Shown piece after piece: positions 7,839 to 17,878 of a stretch of 64,000 bases of DNA. The notes beneath the pieces are model-generated. The model was not told the origin of the DNA and ran no database searches. It worked only from the letters and a program-made list of their open reading frames with translations. This DNA comes from a virus (lineage: Duplodnaviria > Caudoviricetes): positions 1 through 64,000 of IMG/VR virus record IMGVR_UViG_3300042885_000751; one strand, 5' to 3'. The translations under genes and the position numbers were made by a program. Numbering within the stretch: the first letter of the stretch is position 1; each line of letters starts with the position of its first letter.

Positions 7839-10139
7839 ATGAATACATGTATAAAATGCGGATGTGATGATGCTTATCCTTCTTTACCTCCATGTCCAAC
7901 TCCAATAGATTGTCCTAATCCACAACCATGTGCAGAATTTTTTGATGCGCAATGTGTAAGATATACATTACCAGATATTATGTGTGGACTAAATATTGTT
8001 GTTGCACAAGATTCTTCAATTGCTGAGGCATTAGAAAGTATTGTATTGTTTTTTTGTACAAATTTTTCAAATAGTGTACAATCAGTAACGGGTTTAAATA
8101 CAGACAATACTGATCCACTTAATCCTATAGTTAAAGTTTCTGTAGATGGAATTACAATTACAGGTTTGGGTACACCAGCAAGTCCACTTATTGCTGTAGC
8201 AGGAGGTGTTGATGGTTCAGGAACACTCAATTATCTAGCAAAATGGACACCAGACGGAAATACATTAGGTAATAGTTTAATAAGAGATGATGGAACAACT
8301 ATTGGAATTGGAATAGCACCTTCTTCTAATGCACTTTTGTATGTTAGCAATGCCTCAAACAATGTAGCTGTTAGAATAGAACAATTATTAAATGCAACTA
8401 CTACAACAAATGGAGCTTATATTACTAACACTGGTATTAATACTGGAGAAAACAGAGGTTTAGAAATAAGTGTTAATAATTCAAGTTTAATAAATACTGG
8501 ACTTTTAACGGTAGTTACAGCAAATGCTCCTGCAACTGGTGTTGGTGGCCAATTTATAGTAACAGGTACTTCATTAAGTAAATATGCTTTACGATTACAG
8601 GATGGAACTGAAGGGTCAGGTAAGTTTTTAAAATCAATTACAGCAAATGGAGAAGCAAACTGGGCTAACATTACAGCAGCAGATGTTTCTGGAGTTGTAG
8701 GTGGATCTGGTACAGTTGATTATCTTGCTCGTTGGACACCAAGTGGTACTCAATTAGGTATAGGATTAATACGAGATGATGGAACTACAGTAGGTATAAA
8801 TACAGCACCTGTGAGTACAATTCAGCTACAAGTGCTTTCTTCTAAAACAAATGCGGTAGTAGGGATAACAAATAAAGCCACTGGAAATAATGTTGGTGTT
8901 TATGGAGAAGCCAACGGTGTTGGGGCTGGACAAAATAGTGGAGTCAGAGCTCTTGCTTCAGGAGGTACTGTTGTAAATATTGGTGTTTACGGAGAAGCAA
9001 ATGGTGCATCAGTTTCTGGGTATGGTGGTTCTTTTTATGCAATTAATGCAACAAGCACTAATATAGGTGTTATAGCTAGTGCAGGTGGAGGAACAACTGC
9101 TATTGGAGGTCAATTTAGTACAAGTGGAGCTGGTTCAAATTATTCACTAAAACTTTTAGATGGTAGTGAAGGTGTTGGAAAAGTATTGACTTGTATGACT
9201 GCAACTGGAGAAGCTAATTGGGTAACTCCTAGTGGAGGAGGAGTTTCAGGTTCTGGTATAAATAATTATGTAGCACGTTGGACTCCAGATGGTGCAACTT
9301 TAGGAACTGGTTTAATTAGAGATGATAATACTAGTGTTGGAATTGGTGCATCTCCTACAGCAAACTATAGATTACGTATTGAGACATCTACACAATTATA
9401 TGGTATGTATGCTAAAACAAGTTTAGCAGGTACAGGTAATCAAGTTGGTGTAGCTGGTTTTTCAGATGGTTTAAGTACGGGAGGTCAAAATGCAGGTGTT
9501 GTAGGATTAGCGTCAGGAAATACAAATATAAATATAGGAGGTAGTTTTTCTGCGCTTTCAGCAACTGTAGGTACAAATATAGGTGTTTATGCGCAAGTCC
9601 AATTTGGTGCTAATAATTATGCTGCTCAGTTAAGAGATGGAACAGAAGTTGTTGGAAGAGTTTTAACATGTATGACTGCTACTGGAGAAGCTAATTGGGC
9701 TACATTACCTACTATAGGGGGATTAACTTGGACTACCCTATCAGGAACTAACCCTTCAGCAACACTTGCAGCTAATAATGGATATCTTATTAAAAATACT
9801 ACAGGTGCATTTACATCTGTAACTCTTCCTTCATCAGGAGTAGTTGTAGGAGATATTATAAAAATCATTGCTACCGATGGTGGTGGTGGTTCTTTATCAA
9901 CATGGAGAATTTTAGAAGGTAGCGCAACAGATGTTATAATTTACTCTTTTTATGATATAACTACTGATTCTGAAATTACAGGTGTAAAAAATACTTCACC
10001 ATTATTAACTTTTGATGATAATGTAGCAGGATCATATACAATGTTTAGAAATCAATCTTTAACATTAACTTGTGTGGAAGTTTTAGGAGCAGGGTATGCT
10101 TGGAATGTAGAATTAGCAAATGGTAAAATGATTAGTTAA
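7839..10139 (+). CDS. Tail fibre protein with repeated modules
   Basis: Gly/Thr-rich; three copies of GSGxxNY(L/V)A(K/R)WTPxGxxLGxxLIRDD and three of L(Q/L/R)DG(T/S)ExxG(K/R)xLxxxTAxGEANW; C-terminal VTLP...VGDII.I motif. Confidence 0.8.
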   Translation: MNTCIKCGCDDAYPSLPPCPTPIDCPNPQPCAEFFDAQCVRYTLPDIMCGLNIVVAQDSSIAEALESIVLFFCTNFSNSVQSVTGLNTDNTDPLNPIVKVSVDGITITGLGTPASPLIAVAGGVDGSGTLNYLAKWTPDGNTLGNSLIRDDGTTIGIGIAPSSNALLYVSNASNNVAVRIEQLLNATTTTNGAYITNTGINTGENRGLEISVNNSSLINTGLLTVVTANAPATGVGGQFIVTGTSLSKYALRLQDGTEGSGKFLKSITANGEANWANITAADVSGVVGGSGTVDYLARWTPSGTQLGIGLIRDDGTTVGINTAPVSTIQLQVLSSKTNAVVGITNKATGNNVGVYGEANGVGAGQNSGVRALASGGTVVNIGVYGEANGASVSGYGGSFYAINATSTNIGVIASAGGGTTAIGGQFSTSGAGSNYSLKLLDGSEGVGKVLTCMTATGEANWVTPSGGGVSGSGINNYVARWTPDGATLGTGLIRDDNTSVGIGASPTANYRLRIETSTQLYGMYAKTSLAGTGNQVGVAGFSDGLSTGGQNAGVVGLASGNTNINIGGSFSALSATVGTNIGVYAQVQFGANNYAAQLRDGTEVVGRVLTCMTATGEANWATLPTIGGLTWTTLSGTNPSATLAANNGYLIKNTTGAFTSVTLPSSGVVVGDIIKIIATDGGGGSLSTWRILEGSATDVIIYSFYDITTDSEITGVKNTSPLLTFDDNVAGSYTMFRNQSLTLTCVEVLGAGYAWNVELANGKMIS

Positions 10140-10186
10140 TTTAAAAATATGTCGCAGTTTGTTGGTTTCTGTGGCTAACAACGAGA

Positions 10187-10221
10187 CCCCGGTATGTATT
10201 TTATTACCGGGGTTATTTTTT
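10187..10221 (+). terminator. Intrinsic terminator
   Basis: CCCCGGTA-loop-TACCGGGG followed by TTATTTTTT, after the fibre genes. Confidence 0.85.
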
Positions 10222-10240
10222 ATATATGAGTTATATATAT

Positions 10241-10248
10241 TATATTTG
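10241..10248 (+). promoter_or_regulatory. Bacteroidota-type -7 promoter element
   Basis: TATATTTG matches TAnnTTTG; lies between a terminator and the start at 10303. Confidence 0.5.
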
Positions 10249-10302
10249 TTTAACTTGTAATTTTTATAAGTCTGAAAAATTTAGTATATTAATGTATAAG
10301 GT

Positions 10303-10893
10303 ATGGAAAGTAAAATATTTAAGGGACCAGATGTAAAAGGTAAAAGATTTAGACAAGATGTATATCATGTATTAAATAGACAATTCTATAAAGCATTTAA
10401 AGAAAAGTATCCTAAATATAAGGATGTAAGTACTAAGGACCTATATAAAATATGTACAACATTCCATAACTTATTTTTTGAAACAGTAATTGAAACTAGG
10501 GATGGTGTAAAGTTACCAGAAAATTTAGGTAACATATTTATTGGTACATGTCAAACAAGTAAGTTTAGAAGAAACATTGATTTTGGCAAGTCAACAAAAT
10601 ATGGAGTAATAGTAACAAATACAAATTGGGATACAGATGGCAAGCTTGCTAAAATCTTTTATACTAATAATGCTACTAAGTATACTTTTAGTAATAGAGA
10701 GTGTTGGGCTTTTGCAGGATGTAGAAACTTTAAAAGAAGTGTAGCTAAAACATATTCAGAAAATTGGCCTATGTATATACAGGTTGATCCAATGAAAAAA
10801 ATACGTAAAATGTTTACTAAGTCTAGGCAAAAGGATTACGTTAAAAGTATTGAAAAAGAAAAGTTAAAAACATATAATGAATTTGATATATGA
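10303..10893 (+). CDS. HU/IHF-like DNA-binding protein
   Basis: Basic; helical N-terminus then GVKLPENLGNIFIG. Sits directly upstream of the tail ring and stabilisation genes, as in crAss-like phages. Confidence 0.6.
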   Translation: MESKIFKGPDVKGKRFRQDVYHVLNRQFYKAFKEKYPKYKDVSTKDLYKICTTFHNLFFETVIETRDGVKLPENLGNIFIGTCQTSKFRRNIDFGKSTKYGVIVTNTNWDTDGKLAKIFYTNNATKYTFSNRECWAFAGCRNFKRSVAKTYSENWPMYIQVDPMKKIRKMFTKSRQKDYVKSIEKEKLKTYNEFDI

Positions 10894-11561
10894 CAACAAT
10901 TGGTGAAGCAATATCAAGAGTTAGGAATGCACTTAAAGCTGTAAAGGAGGATCCATTCTTAACTGATAGAACAATATATTTTGCAATATCAAAATATGGG
11001 AAATCTCTTTTAAAGAGAGAAGATAATCAGAATAGGTTAATGAAGATAAGCTCAATATTTTCTACTTTAACATTTGTTGAATTAATAGATGTAGATAAAG
11101 TAGAGGCAGGATGCTTTGGTATTACTTCTGGTTGTTATATAAAAAGAACTAAAGAAAGACTACCTAAGTTTTTTGATGGACTTAATGGGCCACTTATACG
11201 TACTGTATCTTCATTAGATACATCAGTAGAATTATTCAGAACTGATCCAGGTACATATTCTTCTATGACTAAAGTAAATAGTTTCAGATATAATACTAGA
11301 AAATATTTCTGGTATTTAGATGGTTATTTATATATGCCTAATGTTCCATGGGAAGCAATTAAAGTAGAAGGTATGTTTGAAGATACTATTACAGGATTTA
11401 CATGTGATACATCTCAAGAATGTAGATTCAGAAATGATGATCAATTAATGTTTCCAGATTACTTATTTGGTGAGATTGAACAATATGTATTAAAAGAATT
11501 AACTATGTCTATTAATGTACCTGCAAATGGTCCTGATGATAGTCAAAACTCATTAAGATAA
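10890..11561 (+). CDS. Tail tubular/ring protein
   Basis: MTTIGEAISRVRN...LTDR.IY...CYIKRTKERLP...YFWYLDGYLY...FPDYL pattern; synteny. Confidence 0.65.
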   Translation: MTTIGEAISRVRNALKAVKEDPFLTDRTIYFAISKYGKSLLKREDNQNRLMKISSIFSTLTFVELIDVDKVEAGCFGITSGCYIKRTKERLPKFFDGLNGPLIRTVSSLDTSVELFRTDPGTYSSMTKVNSFRYNTRKYFWYLDGYLYMPNVPWEAIKVEGMFEDTITGFTCDTSQECRFRNDDQLMFPDYLFGEIEQYVLKELTMSINVPANGPDDSQNSLR

Positions 11562-12577
11562 TGGACTTTAACTATACTCTCAAATTCCGTACATTTGACC
11601 AATTACTGGAAGATGTTACTATTGACTTAAATACATATGCTCTTGAAAATTTAATTGAGCCTCAACAACTAATTAAAGTTGCAAAAAGAGTAACATATGA
11701 TTTAGGTCTTAGAATCAATATGACCAAAGAAGCTATATTAGAAGTAGAACATCATAAGATAAAATTACCTGATGATTTTTACACTATGAACTTTGGGTCA
11801 ATATGTGGATCATTTAGACAAAATGTAGGTTATCAATCTGGAGGTACTACTACTATGGAAGTACCTTATACTGAAGTACCAAGTACAATAGATATATGTG
11901 CCCCTCCTACAGTTAATTGTAGCACTTGTAATGCTAATCCATGTAATCATACTGTTGCTTGTGCAAATAGTACATTTAATAATACTCCTATATTAGTTCC
12001 ACAATATGATCCTAATAATCCATTTGGTAATACTTGTGTAAGACCAAGAGTATTTTCTAATTGTAAAGGTGAAGCATTTGAATTAATTCAAGTATTACCT
12101 ACTGGAGAAACAAGAACATATGAATCACTTATTCCTTTGAGGTTTAGATCTTCAAGAGAAATAGAATGTGATTGCCCTAATCTTTATCTTAATGCACCTA
12201 ATGAAGCATGGATTAAAGATGGTTTCTTACATACTACATTTGATTGTGGTAAAGTATATATTAATTATCAAGGAACACTAGAAGATGATAATGGTAACTT
12301 ATTAGTTCCAGATCATGATGAGATTAATGAGTATTATGAATATGCTGTAAAGCAAAGAATATTTGAAAACTTATATCTTAATGGTGAAGATGTAGTACAG
12401 AAATTACAACTCATAGAACAAAGATTAAAAGCTGCAAGAAATTATGCTTTATCAATTGTTAATACACCTAACTTTGCAGAGATGAAAGGATTATGGATGG
12501 CTAACAGAAGAGCACAATATTCTAAATACTATGACATGTTTAAAAGTTTTAACTATAACAGTATGCGGATATTATAA
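11561..12577 (+). CDS. Tail ring/adaptor protein
   Basis: EAILEVEHHKIKLPDDF...GKVYINYQG...DDNGNLLVPD pattern; coupled by a TAATG overlap. Confidence 0.65.
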   Translation: MDFNYTLKFRTFDQLLEDVTIDLNTYALENLIEPQQLIKVAKRVTYDLGLRINMTKEAILEVEHHKIKLPDDFYTMNFGSICGSFRQNVGYQSGGTTTMEVPYTEVPSTIDICAPPTVNCSTCNANPCNHTVACANSTFNNTPILVPQYDPNNPFGNTCVRPRVFSNCKGEAFELIQVLPTGETRTYESLIPLRFRSSREIECDCPNLYLNAPNEAWIKDGFLHTTFDCGKVYINYQGTLEDDNGNLLVPDHDEINEYYEYAVKQRIFENLYLNGEDVVQKLQLIEQRLKAARNYALSIVNTPNFAEMKGLWMANRRAQYSKYYDMFKSFNYNSMRIL

Positions 12578-12589
12578 TATTATTATGTT

Positions 12590-15500
12590 ATGGCAAAGAA
12601 AAATATACAAGATACAGGTCAAAATAAAACAAATACCTTTATAAAGGGATTAAATAAAGATTCAGATCCTACATTTGTAAGTGAGGGCATGTGGACTCAT
12701 GCGCGTAATGCAGTTAACAATACATTAGAAGGTAATGTTGGTACATTATCAAATGAAACATCAAATGTATTTTGTGCAGAAGCAGGAGCAACTTTAGGTG
12801 GTAAAAAATATATTATAGGTGCAATACATTTATATAGTGATAAATGGATTCTTTTTACTGTAGCACATCCATCATCAGGAGTTGGTGCAGCTACTGGACA
12901 TGAAATAGGATTATTTGAAGAAGATACCTGTAGATATAGAATTATTGTACAGGATACATGTTTAAATTTTGATAAACAATTTTTAATTACTGGTGCATCA
13001 AGAGAAAAAGAAGATTGCTCATGGTCTGTATATTTTGCTGATGGTAATAATCCTGATAGATATTTAAATGTTGGGGATGATGCTTTATGGCCATCTTCTG
13101 ATTATATATGGATTGGTAATAATACATATGCAAATGGATCAGGTGTAAATATTCAATGGCCAGGAGTTCAATGGGATCAAGAATGTAAAGATGAAAACGG
13201 TATAGTAGTTCCAGCTCCAGGTGGTTATATTCCTGTAGGATGTATTATATGTAAAGATTTAACAACATTAAATTGTGAAGCCTTAAGACTTGCAAGATTA
13301 ATGAATACTCCAACTATTCAAGTTGAACCAGGTGTTGGTGGAGGTGTATTAAGAAATGGATCATACTTTGCAACTCTTGCGTATACTATTAAAGGTCAAA
13401 GAGTTACAGATTATTTTTCACCAAGTAATACTCAACCAATTTGGAATGTTAATGATGTACAAGGATCTATTGATATATTAATTACAGCTGACTCAACACA
13501 TTTTGATGAATTTGAATTAGTAGTAGTACAAATAATTAATCAAGGAGCAGTAGCAAAAAGAATAGGTTTATATTCTACAAATACTTCTGTAGTACATTTA
13601 GATCAGATTAAAGATGATTTAATAACTATTCCAATTGAATTTCTTCCTTTAAGAACTCCGGTGTATGAAACATCAGATCAAATTACTGAGGTTAATACAT
13701 ACTTATTAAGAATTGCACCAAGATCTAAATTTGATTTTAACTATCAACCTTTAGCTAATCAAATAAGATCACAATGGGTATCAGTAGAGTATCCAGCAGA
13801 TTATTATGTAAAAGGAGGAAGTAATACAAGTTACTTAAGAGATGAAGTATATGCTTTCTTTATCAGATGGGTGTATAGTACTGGAGATAAATCTTCTTCA
13901 TATCATATTCCTGGACGTGCTCCAACACAATACGGAGCAACCTTTGAAACAGATCCTGCAACAGGTATAGATGTTTTAGATACAACTGATAGAGTATTTG
14001 AAGTATATAATACAGCAACTTTAGGTGGCTTGCCTCCTGTAACAACATTACCTGATGGAGGCATAATTAAAGCTCAAGGTAGAATGGGATACTGGGAATC
14101 AACAGAAAAATATCCAGATAATAGAGATGATATATGGAATGCATCATCACAATGTTGGTCAGGTACAACTGATCCTCAATTTGATTTATGTGCCAAACCA
14201 ATAAGACATCATAAATTTCCTGATAACATTACTCAAGGTTCACTTTTAACTAATCATTATTCTCAAGGTGGTAATGGTATTAGATTAATGGGTGTAAACT
14301 TTACTAATATATTTTTACCAAAAGATAATGATGGTAATGATATACCAGGAATAGTAGGTTATGAAATACTAAGAGGATCTAGAGAAGGTAATAGAAGCAT
14401 TATTGCTAAAGGTATGGTAAATAACATGCGCACCTATGACATTAAAGGTAACAGTGCTGGAAACAGAATTGGTTTATATCCTAATTATCCTTTTAATACT
14501 ATTACACCACTTTCAAGTTTATTAGGTGGAAATGTTTCAGGTGTTAATGATCCATATATTAGATTGACAAATAGCAATGATCAAATTGTAGATCAAATAA
14601 TACCAACTAATTTAATGACTTTTCATTCACCAGATACTAATTTTAGAAATCCTTATTTATCTGTTACTGAATTAAAAATATATGGTAGTTTAAGAGGTAC
14701 TTCAATACAGTATTTTCAAGAACCCAATAATCATCCAAAATTTAAACTGTTAGCTGATATAGCAGTAGCTGCAGGGATATTAGCCGGTGTTATTGAAGTT
14801 GCATTACAACAAGGAGGTAAATGGACAATTAATGAAAATACAAGTACTCCAGGTACTGGTGCTGGAGATATTGTTGGAGCTGTATCACGTACAGCTGGAG
14901 GTATTTTTCAACCAATAAAAAGTGCTTATGATGCTACAGTTTCAGCTTATTTGACATCAGGTGGATTTTTACTTGATTCAGTTAATCCAATTGGTGATCC
15001 AATTTATCAACTTTTTAATATCCCATATCAAGCTGCTGCTGGAGTTGCTGCTGCTGCTGGAGCAATTAGTATTAATGGTAAAAGTTATACAAAAGATATA
15101 CCTAAATATAAATACGCAGGTCCTTTTGGTATTGCTAATTTTATTCAACAATCATTTTTCTATTTTTCAGAAGGAGCAAATACAACAATTAGATTAATAT
15201 ATGCATTAATACCATATAGACAATATGCATTACAAGCTATTGCAGAAGGTTATTATAGTAGTTTTGCTGCACCAATTGCAGGTAATAGACAAAGATTTAA
15301 TATTGAGGATAGTTTATATTTAAAAAATAATATTCAAAGTATTAAACCTTTTAGTGGGATTAGTTATATAATTAATAATCTTCAAAGACAGACAACTGTT
15401 ACTTTAAGAACTACTAATAACTTAAATCAAAATTTTGGACCTGATTTTATTACAGATCCTTCTTCTCCTACAGGATTAGCTGATACTTCACTTGTAACAT

Positions 15501-17878
15501 TAGGTACTGCTATACAAGCAGGTATAGGTTTACCAGTTAATATGACATCAGGTAAAACTAATGAATTTAATCTTAATATTGCAAGTCATTATGTTGGTAT
15601 AAAAGTTAGATTAAAAAATCAATATGGTCAACTTGATTCTCTTAAACAAATACCTATTACACCAGCAGAACAAAAATTAAATTATAATAATCAAAACATA
15701 CCAGTAGTATTTAGTAGTTTCTGGTGTACTATTAGTACTCCTTATGGTACTGCAGCTAAATTAGTTACTTTAGAAGTAATAACTCAAACCCCAGTATTAT
15801 TTGGAGGAGATGTTTATGTAAATAGATATACTGAAAAGAATAACATGTTCTTTTTCTATGATTGGTTATATGGTCAACCTGATGGTTATGAATATAATTA
15901 TATTTTAAAACATATGATTGCTGAACCAAGGTTCTGGGCTAATAGTGCAGAATATGATGTAGGTGATCTTACACCAGGTTCAATTGCAGATTTACTTGAT
16001 CCACCTCCTGGAACAGGACTTTTACCAACAGGTTTTTATAATTTAGATTACTATGTAGGTGACTTACGTAAATATGATTATAATCAAGATCAACCAACAG
16101 GTTCTCCAGATAAATATCCTGGAATCTTTGGTGCTAAAGATTCATATTTTTATTTAGCTAATTCTTCAGTAAGAGATTTCTTTGTTGAGTCAGATGTAAT
16201 AGTAGATTTTAGACAACCTGGTTTAGAAACTTGGCAAAAAAATTATGATGTAAATACATATACCAATTTACCAGAAATGTTTAATATGGACCCTAATACA
16301 ATAACACTGGGTAACTATTATGCATATGACTATTCATTAAGTATATCTAAAGTATTTACACAATATTTTTCACAAGGTAATCTTCAATCAAGATATTATG
16401 ATCCTAATGTATCTCAGTTATGTTATACTTACTATCCTGATAGAGTAGTATATTCATTACCACAACAAAATGAATCATCAAAAGATTCATGGTTTGTATA
16501 TTTAGTAAATAACTATAAAGAATTTAAAAATAGAATTACTAGTATAAAACCTTATGCTAAGACTGGTATGTTTATTACATTCCAAAATGCTAGTCCATTA
16601 ATGTATCAAGGTGTAGATACTCTTACAACTGAGTTGGGTACCAAACTTACTATAGGTGATGGTGGTTTATTTGCTAACCCTCCTCAGAATGTTACTATAT
16701 CAGATGTACAGTATGAGTATGGTTCTTCTCAAAATAAATTTGGTGTTATTGGAACTCCTGCTGGCATGTATTATATGTCTCAAAATCAAGGAAGAGTATT
16801 TTCATTTACTCAAAATTTAACAGAAATATCTCAAGCAGGTATGAAATGGTGGTTTAGTTTATTCTTACCATATAAACTTACTGAAGATTTTCCAGAATAT
16901 CCACATACAGATAATCCTGTAGCAGGTATTGGTACTCAAGCAGTATATGATAATTATAACGGTGTTATATATTTCTGTAAAAAAGATTATAAACTAAGAC
17001 CTGAATATATAGGTAAAGTAGTATATGTTTCTTATGGTGATTATTTCTTAGTAAATGGTTCAGCAAAAGTAGAATTAGGTAATCCACTTATATTTGAAAA
17101 TGCTTCATGGACCACAAGTTTTGACCCTAAAAATCAACATTGGATATCTTTCCATGACTGGCATCCAGATTTTGTATTACCAGCAAGACAATATTTTGCA
17201 ACAACTAAAGGAGGTAAGGTATGGAAACATAATGCAGTATGTAACAGTTACTGTAATTTCTATGGTGTTCAACATCCATTTGAAGTTGAAATACCCCTTA
17301 TTACGGGACAAACAGTTACCACTCTAAAATCTATAGAGTATATACTTGAATGCTATAAGAATCATTCTAATAACTGTGTAGATCAATTCCATGTGTTAGA
17401 TTATAATTTTGATAAAGCAGTAATATTTAATTCAGAACAAGTATCAGGATACTTAAATCTTAATATTTTTCCTAAGAATAATATTACTCTAGCTAATACA
17501 TATCCAATTATTAATCCTACATCTATAGATATATTATTCTCTAAAGAAGAAAATAAATATAGATTTAATCAATTCTGGGATATAACAAGAAATAGAGGTG
17601 AGTTTCCAGTTGGATCTAATTATCCTCCAACAGGACCATTAGTTCCTGGTACTACAGTATTAGCAGGAAGTTATGATCAAGAATCAATATGGGTAACACA
17701 GTCTAATGGATATATAAAAACATTAACTCCAACAAATTTGAATTATAATAAAACAGAGCTACAAAGAAAAAAATTCAGAAATTATTTAAATTTTTTATAT
17801 TTAAGCAGAACTGATTCAAAAGATGTTAATATGATTATTAAATTGAGTAATAGTAAAAATCAAATATCACTAAGATAA
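12590..17878 (+). CDS. Tail stabilisation/muzzle protein (P22 gp10-like, crAss type)
   Basis: 1762 aa; FIKGLNKD...ARNA...G.LSNE, SYLRDEVYAFFI, PIRHHKFPD, WISFHDWHP motifs characteristic of this family. Confidence 0.8.
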   Translation: MAKKNIQDTGQNKTNTFIKGLNKDSDPTFVSEGMWTHARNAVNNTLEGNVGTLSNETSNVFCAEAGATLGGKKYIIGAIHLYSDKWILFTVAHPSSGVGAATGHEIGLFEEDTCRYRIIVQDTCLNFDKQFLITGASREKEDCSWSVYFADGNNPDRYLNVGDDALWPSSDYIWIGNNTYANGSGVNIQWPGVQWDQECKDENGIVVPAPGGYIPVGCIICKDLTTLNCEALRLARLMNTPTIQVEPGVGGGVLRNGSYFATLAYTIKGQRVTDYFSPSNTQPIWNVNDVQGSIDILITADSTHFDEFELVVVQIINQGAVAKRIGLYSTNTSVVHLDQIKDDLITIPIEFLPLRTPVYETSDQITEVNTYLLRIAPRSKFDFNYQPLANQIRSQWVSVEYPADYYVKGGSNTSYLRDEVYAFFIRWVYSTGDKSSSYHIPGRAPTQYGATFETDPATGIDVLDTTDRVFEVYNTATLGGLPPVTTLPDGGIIKAQGRMGYWESTEKYPDNRDDIWNASSQCWSGTTDPQFDLCAKPIRHHKFPDNITQGSLLTNHYSQGGNGIRLMGVNFTNIFLPKDNDGNDIPGIVGYEILRGSREGNRSIIAKGMVNNMRTYDIKGNSAGNRIGLYPNYPFNTITPLSSLLGGNVSGVNDPYIRLTNSNDQIVDQIIPTNLMTFHSPDTNFRNPYLSVTELKIYGSLRGTSIQYFQEPNNHPKFKLLADIAVAAGILAGVIEVALQQGGKWTINENTSTPGTGAGDIVGAVSRTAGGIFQPIKSAYDATVSAYLTSGGFLLDSVNPIGDPIYQLFNIPYQAAAGVAAAAGAISINGKSYTKDIPKYKYAGPFGIANFIQQSFFYFSEGANTTIRLIYALIPYRQYALQAIAEGYYSSFAAPIAGNRQRFNIEDSLYLKNNIQSIKPFSGISYIINNLQRQTTVTLRTTNNLNQNFGPDFITDPSSPTGLADTSLVTLGTAIQAGIGLPVNMTSGKTNEFNLNIASHYVGIKVRLKNQYGQLDSLKQIPITPAEQKLNYNNQNIPVVFSSFWCTISTPYGTAAKLVTLEVITQTPVLFGGDVYVNRYTEKNNMFFFYDWLYGQPDGYEYNYILKHMIAEPRFWANSAEYDVGDLTPGSIADLLDPPPGTGLLPTGFYNLDYYVGDLRKYDYNQDQPTGSPDKYPGIFGAKDSYFYLANSSVRDFFVESDVIVDFRQPGLETWQKNYDVNTYTNLPEMFNMDPNTITLGNYYAYDYSLSISKVFTQYFSQGNLQSRYYDPNVSQLCYTYYPDRVVYSLPQQNESSKDSWFVYLVNNYKEFKNRITSIKPYAKTGMFITFQNASPLMYQGVDTLTTELGTKLTIGDGGLFANPPQNVTISDVQYEYGSSQNKFGVIGTPAGMYYMSQNQGRVFSFTQNLTEISQAGMKWWFSLFLPYKLTEDFPEYPHTDNPVAGIGTQAVYDNYNGVIYFCKKDYKLRPEYIGKVVYVSYGDYFLVNGSAKVELGNPLIFENASWTTSFDPKNQHWISFHDWHPDFVLPARQYFATTKGGKVWKHNAVCNSYCNFYGVQHPFEVEIPLITGQTVTTLKSIEYILECYKNHSNNCVDQFHVLDYNFDKAVIFNSEQVSGYLNLNIFPKNNITLANTYPIINPTSIDILFSKEENKYRFNQFWDITRNRGEFPVGSNYPPTGPLVPGTTVLAGSYDQESIWVTQSNGYIKTLTPTNLNYNKTELQRKKFRNYLNFLYLSRTDSKDVNMIIKLSNSKNQISLR

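Noticed and set aside
7839-10260. Diversity-generating retroelement acting on the tail fibre
   Set aside because: No reverse transcriptase in the window; repeats are in-frame protein modules with no adenine-specific template/variable pair seen.
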